Source: Nitrosopumilus sp.
Lineage (GTDB): Archaea; Thermoproteota; Nitrososphaeria; Nitrososphaerales; Nitrosopumilaceae
Assembly (NCBI GenBank): GCA_965205215.1
Contig: OZ242041.1
Coordinates: forward strand, 1,888,001 to 1,952,000
DNA length: 64,000 bases
Direction of reading: 5' to 3'
Of the stretch, positions 58,801 through 64,000 are shown one piece after another (the first letter of the stretch is position 1; each line of letters starts with the position of its first letter). The notes beneath the pieces are model-generated. The model worked only from the letters and a program-made list of their open reading frames with translations, was not told where the DNA came from and ran no database searches. The position numbers and the translations under genes were made by a program.

Positions 58801-61800
58801 TCCAGTTGTACGTCAGCGCGTCGTTGTCCGGGTCCGAGGATGCAGAGCCGTCGAGCGTGACGAGGGTACGCTCGTCCGCGGTCTGGTTGGCGCCGGCATC
58901 GGCGGTGGGGGCGCGGTTGACCTCGCGCACCGTTATGGTGACGGTGTCCGTGTCAAACAGCTGGCCGTCGGTGACGTTGAGGGTGAAGGTGTAGCCGGTG
59001 TCCGATGTCACGTCGGGGGCCGTGAACGTGGGGGACTGGGCGGCGGTATCGCTGAGGGTGATGCCCGCGGGCGCGGTCCAGCTGTACGTTATGGTGTCGC
59101 CGTCCGGATCTGAAGATGCAGAACCGTCGAGCGTGACGAGGGTACGCTCGTCCGCGGTCTGGTTGGCGCCGGCATCGGCGGTGGGGGCGCGGTTGACCTC
59201 GCGCACCGTTATGGTGACGGTGTCCGTGTCAAACAGCTGGCCGTCGGTGACGTTGAGGGTGAAGGTGTAGCCGGTGTCCGATGTCACGTCGGGGGCCGTG
59301 AACGTGGGGGACTGGGCGGCGGTGTCGCTGAGGGTGATGCCCGCGGGCGCGGTCCAGTTGTACGTCAGCGCGTCGCCGTCCGGGTCCGAGGACGCGGAGC
59401 CGTCGAGGGTGACGGTGGTCCGCTCGGACGCGGCCTTGTCTGCGCCAGCGTCCGCGTCGGGGGCGCGGTTGACCTCGCGCACCGTTATGGTGACGGTGTC
59501 CGTGTCAAACAGCTGGCCGTCGGTGACGTTGAGGGTGAAGGTGTAGCCGGTGTCCGATGTCACGTCGGGGGCCGTGAACGTGGGGGACTGGGCGGCGGTG
59601 TCGCTGAGGGTGATGCCCGCGGGCGCGGTCCAGTTGTACGTTATGGTGTCGCCGTCCGGGTCCGAGGACGCGGAGCCGTCGAGGGTGACGGTGGTCCGCT
59701 CGTCCGCGGTCTGGTTGGCCCCCGCGTCGGCGGTGGGGGCGCGGTTGACGTGCCGCACCGTTACGGTTACGGTATCCGTGTCGGACAGGGTGCCGTCGGA
59801 GACTTCCAGCGTCAGGGTGTAGTCAGTGTCCGATGTCACGTCGGGGGCCGTGAACGTGGGGGACTGGGCGGCGGTATCGCTGAGGGTGATGCCCGCGGGC
59901 GCGGTCCAGTTGTACGTTATGGTGTCGCCGTCCGGATCTGAAGATGCAGAACCGTCTAGCGTGACGAGGGTACGCTCGCTTGCCGACTGGTTGGCGCCGG
60001 CGTCCGCGACGGGTGCGCGGTTGACGTGCCGCACCGTTACGGTTACGGTATCCGTGTCGGACAGGGAGCCGTCGGTGACGTTGAGGGTGAAGGTGTAGCC
60101 GGTGTCAGATGTAACTTCGGGGGCCATGAACGTGGGGGACTGGGCGGCGGCGTCGCTCAGGGTGATGCCCGCAGGGGCGGTCCAGTTGTACGTCAGCATG
60201 TCGCCGTCGGGGTCAGACGACGCGGAGCCGTCTAGCGTGACGAGGGTCCGTTCGGACGCGGCCTTGTCTGCGCCGGCGTCGGCGACGGGGGCGCGGTTGA
60301 CGTGCCGCACCGTTACGGTTACGGTATCCGTGTCGGACAGGGAGCCGTCGGAGACTTCCAGCGTCAGGGTGTAGTCAGTGTCCGATGTCACGTCGGGGGC
60401 CGTGAACGTGGGGGACTGGGCGGCGGTATCGCTGAGGGTGATGCCCGCGGGCGCGGTCCAGTTGTACGTTATGGTGTCGCCGTCCGGATCTGAAGATGCA
60501 GAACCGTCTAGCGTGACGAGGGTACGCTCGCTTGCCGACTGGTTGGCGCCGGCGTCCGCGACGGGTGCGCGGTTGACGTGCCGCACCGTTACGGTTACGG
60601 TATCCGTGTCGGACAGGGAGCCGTCGGTGACGTTGAGGGTGAAGGTGTAGCCGGTGTCAGATGTAACTTCGGGGGCCATGAACGTGGGGGACTGGGCGGC
60701 GGCGTCGCTCAGGGTGATGCCCGCAGGGGCGGTCCAGTTGTACGTCAGCATGTCGCCGTCGGGGTCAGACGACGCGGAGCCGTCTAGCGTGACGAGGGTC
60801 CGTTCGGACGCGGCCTTGTCTGCGCCGGCGTCGGCGACGGGGGCGCGGTTGACGTGCCGCACCGTTACGGTTACGGTATCCGTGTCGGACAGGGAGCCGT
60901 CGGAGACTTCCAGCGTCAGGGTGTAGTCAGTGTCCGATGTCACGTCGGGGGCCGTGAACGTGGGGGACTGGGCGGCGGTATCGCTGAGGGTGATGCCCGC
61001 GGGCGCGGTCCAGTTGTACGTCAGGGCGTCGCCGTCCGGGTCCGAGGACGCGGAGCCGTCGAGGGTGACTGTAGTCCGCTCGTCCGCGGTCTGGTTGGCC
61101 CCCGCGTCGGCGACGGGGGCGCGGTTGACGTGCCGCACCGTTACGGTTACGGTATCCGTGTCGGACAGGGAGCCGTCGGTGACGTTGAGGGTGAAGGTGT
61201 AGCCGGTGTCAGATGTAACTTCGGGGGCCATGAACGTGGGGGACTGGGCGGCGACATCGCTCAGGGTGATGCCCGCAGGGGCGGTCCAGTTGTACGTCAG
61301 CATGTCGCCGTCGGGGTCAGACGACGCGGAGCCGTCTAGCGTGACGAGGGTCCGTTCGGACGCGGCCTTGTCTGCGCCGGCGTCGGCGACGGGGGCGCGG
61401 TTGACGTGCCGCACCGTTATGGTGACGGTATCCGTGTCGGACAGGGAGCCGTCGGAGACTTCCAGCGTCAGGGTGTAGTCAGTGTCCGATGTCACGTCGG
61501 GGGCCGTGAACGTGGGGGACTGGGCGGCGGCGTTGCTCAGGGTTATACCCGCGGGCGCGGTCCAGTTGTACGTCAGGGCGTCGTTGTCCGGGTCCGAGGA
61601 CGCGGAGCCGTCGAGGGTGACTGTAGTCCGCTCGTCCGCGGTCTGGTTGGCCCCCGCGTCGGCGACGGGGGCGCGGTTGACGTGCCGCACCGTTATGGTG
61701 ACGGTGTCCGTGTCGGACAGGGTGCCGTCGGAGACTTCCAGCGTCAGGGTGTAGTCAGTGTCCGATGTCACGTCGGGGGCCGTGAACGTGGGGGACTGGG

Positions 61801-64000
61801 CGGCGGTATCGCTGAGGGTGATGCCCGCGGGCGCGGTCCAGTTGTACGTCAGCGCGTCGTTGTCCGGGTCCGAGGACGCGGAGCCGTCGAGGGTGACTGT
61901 AGTCCGCTCGTCCGCGGTCTGGTTGGCCCCCGCGTCGGCGACGGGGGCGCGGTTGACGTGCCGCACCGTTATGGTGACGGTGTCCGTGTCGGACAGGGTG
62001 CCGTCGGAGACTTCCAGCGTCAGGGTGTAGTCAGTGTCCGATGTCACGTCGGGGGCCGTGAACGTGGGGGACTGGGCGGCGGCGTTGCTCAGGGTTATAC
62101 CCGCGGGCGCGGTCCAGTTGTACGTCAGGGCGTCGCCGTCCGGGTCCGAGGACGCGGAGCCGTCGAGGGTGACTGTAGTCCGCTCGTCCGCGGTCTGGTT
62201 GGCCCCCGCGTCGGCGACGGGGGCGCGGTTGACGTGCCGCACCGTTATGGTGACGGTGTCCGTGTCGGACAGGGTGCCGTCGGAGACTTCCAGCGTCAGG
62301 GTGTAGTCAGTGTCCGATGTCACGTCGGGGGCCGTGAACGTGGGGGACTGGGCGGCGGCGTTGCTCAGGGTTATACCCGCGGGCGCCGTCCAGCTGTACG
62401 TTATGGTGTCGCCGTCCGGGTCCGAGGACGCGGAGCCGTCGAGCGTGACGAGGGTACGCTCGCTTGCCGACTGGTTGGCGCCGGCGTCCGCGACGGGTGC
62501 GCGGTTGACGTGCCGCACCGTTACGGTTACGGTATCCGTGTCGGACAGGGTGCCGTCGGAGACTTCCAGCGTCAGGGTGTAGTCAGTGTCCGATGTCACG
62601 TCGGGGGCCGTGAACGTGGGGGACTGGGCGGCGGTATCGCTGAGGGTGATGCCCGCGGGCGCGGTCCAGTTGTACGTCAGCGCGTCGTTGTCCGGGTCCG
62701 AGGACGCGGAGCCGTCGAGGGTGACTGTAGTCCGCTCGTCCGCGGTCTGGTTGGCCCCCGCGTCGGCGACGGGGGCGCGGTTGACGTGCCGCACCGTTAC
62801 GGTTACGGTGTCCGTGTCGGACAGGGTGCCGTCGGAGACTTCCAGCGTCAGGGTGTAGTCAGTGTCCGATGTCACGTCGGGGGCCGTGAACGTGGGGGAC
62901 TGGGCGGCGGCGTTGCTCAGGGTTATACCCGCGGGCGCGGTCCAGTTGTACGTCAGGGCGTCGCCGTCCGGGTCCGAGGACGCGGAGCCGTCGAGGGTGA
63001 CTGTAGTCCGCTCGTCCGCGGTCTGGTTGGCCCCCGCGTCGGCGACGGGGGCGCGGTTGACGTGCCGCACCGTTATGGTGACGGTGTCCGTGTCGGACAG
63101 GGTGCCGTCGGAGACTTCCAGCGTCAGGGTGTAGTCAGTGTCAGATGCAACCTCGGGGGCCGTGAACGTGGGGGACTGGGCGGCGGCGTTGCTCAGGGTT
63201 ATACCCGCGGGCGCCGTCCAGCTGTACGTTATGGTGTCGCCGTCCGGGTCCGAGGACGCGGAGCCGTCGAGCGTGACGAGGGTACGCTCGCTTGCCGACT
63301 GGTTGGCGCCGGCGTCCGCGACGGGTGCGCGGTTGACGTGCCGCACCGTTACGGTTACGGTATCCGTGTCGGACAGGGTGCCGTCGGAGACTTCCAGCGT
63401 CAGGGTGTAGTCAGTGTCCGATGTCACGTCGGGGGCCGTGAACGTGGGGGACTGGGCGGCGGTATCGCTGAGGGTGATGCCCGCGGGCGCGGTCCAGTTG
63501 TACGTCAGCGCGTCGTTGTCCGGGTCCGAGGATGAGGAGCCGTCGAGGGTGACGGTGGTCCGCTCGTCCACGGCTTGGTCGGGGCCGGCGTCCGCAATGG
63601 GTGCGCGGTTGACGTGCCGCACCGTTACGGTTACGGTATCCGTGTCGGACAGGGTGCCGTCGGAGACTTCCAGCGTCAGGGTGTAGTCAGTGTCAGATGC
63701 AACCTCGGGGGCCGTGAACGTGGGGGACTGGGCGGCGGTATCGCTGAGGGTGATGCCCGCGGGCGCGGTCCAGTTGTACGTCAGCGCGTCGCCGTCCAGA
63801 TCAGAGGACGCGGAACCATCGAGTGTCACTGGCATGCGCTCGTCCACGACTTGGTCGGGGCCGGCGTCCGCAATGGGGGCGCGGTTGACGTGCCGCACCG
63901 TTACGGTTACGGTGTCGGTTGCAGAAACGGCGTTGTCAGAAACACCAAGCGTGATGGTGTAGTTTGTATCGGACGTGACCTCGGGTGCCGTGAAGGTGGG
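46857..64000 (-). CDS. Giant surface protein: more than 50 PKD/Ig-like 92-aa repeats, DUF285 (BspA-like) block, poly-Pro linker, FN3 domain (5' end outside the window; frame breaks near 56.1 and 58.3 kb)
   Basis: ORFs 58388-63898, 56084-58258 and 46857-56042 share the unit NRAPVADAGANQ...VTLDGSASSDPDGD.ITYSW...SPTFTAP; the frame stays open to base 64000. Confidence 0.88.
47503..47581. repeat. (GGCGGT)n hexamer microsatellite encoding poly-proline
   Basis: About 13 tandem hexamers give a run of roughly 26 Pro on the minus strand. Confidence 0.95.
47600..52000 (-). repeat. 276-bp tandem PKD-like repeats (C-terminal block, about 16 units)
   Basis: 276-bp periodicity is visible in the DNA and in the antisense 90-aa shadow ORFs. 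Confidence 0.95.
52330..53400 (-). repeat. 75-bp tandem repeats encoding DUF285 / surface-protein 25-aa repeats
   Basis: About 14 units of FNGDISGWNVSSVTxMSSMFSGATS. Confidence 0.92.
53750..64000 (-). repeat. 276-bp tandem PKD-like repeats (N-terminal block, about 37 units in the window)
   Basis: Near-identical 276-bp units continue to the window edge. Confidence 0.95.

Noticed and set aside
47947-63962. Dozens of 90-aa plus-strand ORFs and longer Gly/Val/Arg-rich ORFs
   Set aside because: Antisense shadows of the 276-bp coding repeat.

Overview
This is GC-rich archaeal DNA. The gene content (WxKxxAGWW-type C-terminal repeats, a small Zn-finger protein, leaderless TATA promoters, archaeal coaD) points to a Nitrososphaerota/Nitrosopumilaceae genome, plausibly a host-associated lineage; that assignment is inference. 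Bases 1-9.7 kb are core genes: pheT, pheS, trpS, coaD, a GNAT, a thioredoxin-like protein, tRNA-Ala(TGC) and tRNA-Ile(GAT). Directly after tRNA-Ile, an accessory ICE-like region (about 9.7-46.4 kb) carries a ParM-like actin, a RelBE-type TA pair, a VirD4/HerA-like ATPase with a fused wHTH-nuclease-like tail, a repeat-rich non-coding candidate origin/centromere, VirB11-like, VirB6-like and TadC-like proteins, a pilin, large surface proteins, an intact ISH3-type IS and further TA-like pairs. Inside it lies an AT-rich defence island (about 24.4-30.8 kb) with an IS630 remnant, a type I CBASS (CdnE-like cyclase + Cap15-like effector) and the most notable feature: a three-gene operon encoding an ImmA/IrrE peptidase-macrodomain fusion, a nucleotide kinase fused to an adenylosuccinate-synthetase homologue with the PurZ-type Asp-to-Ser substitution (GSEGKG), and a DarT-like ADP-ribosyltransferase candidate. 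The last 17 kb is part of a giant PKD/Ig-repeat + DUF285 + FN3 surface-protein gene that begins beyond the window. All calls come from motif recognition by eye; no database searches were run.
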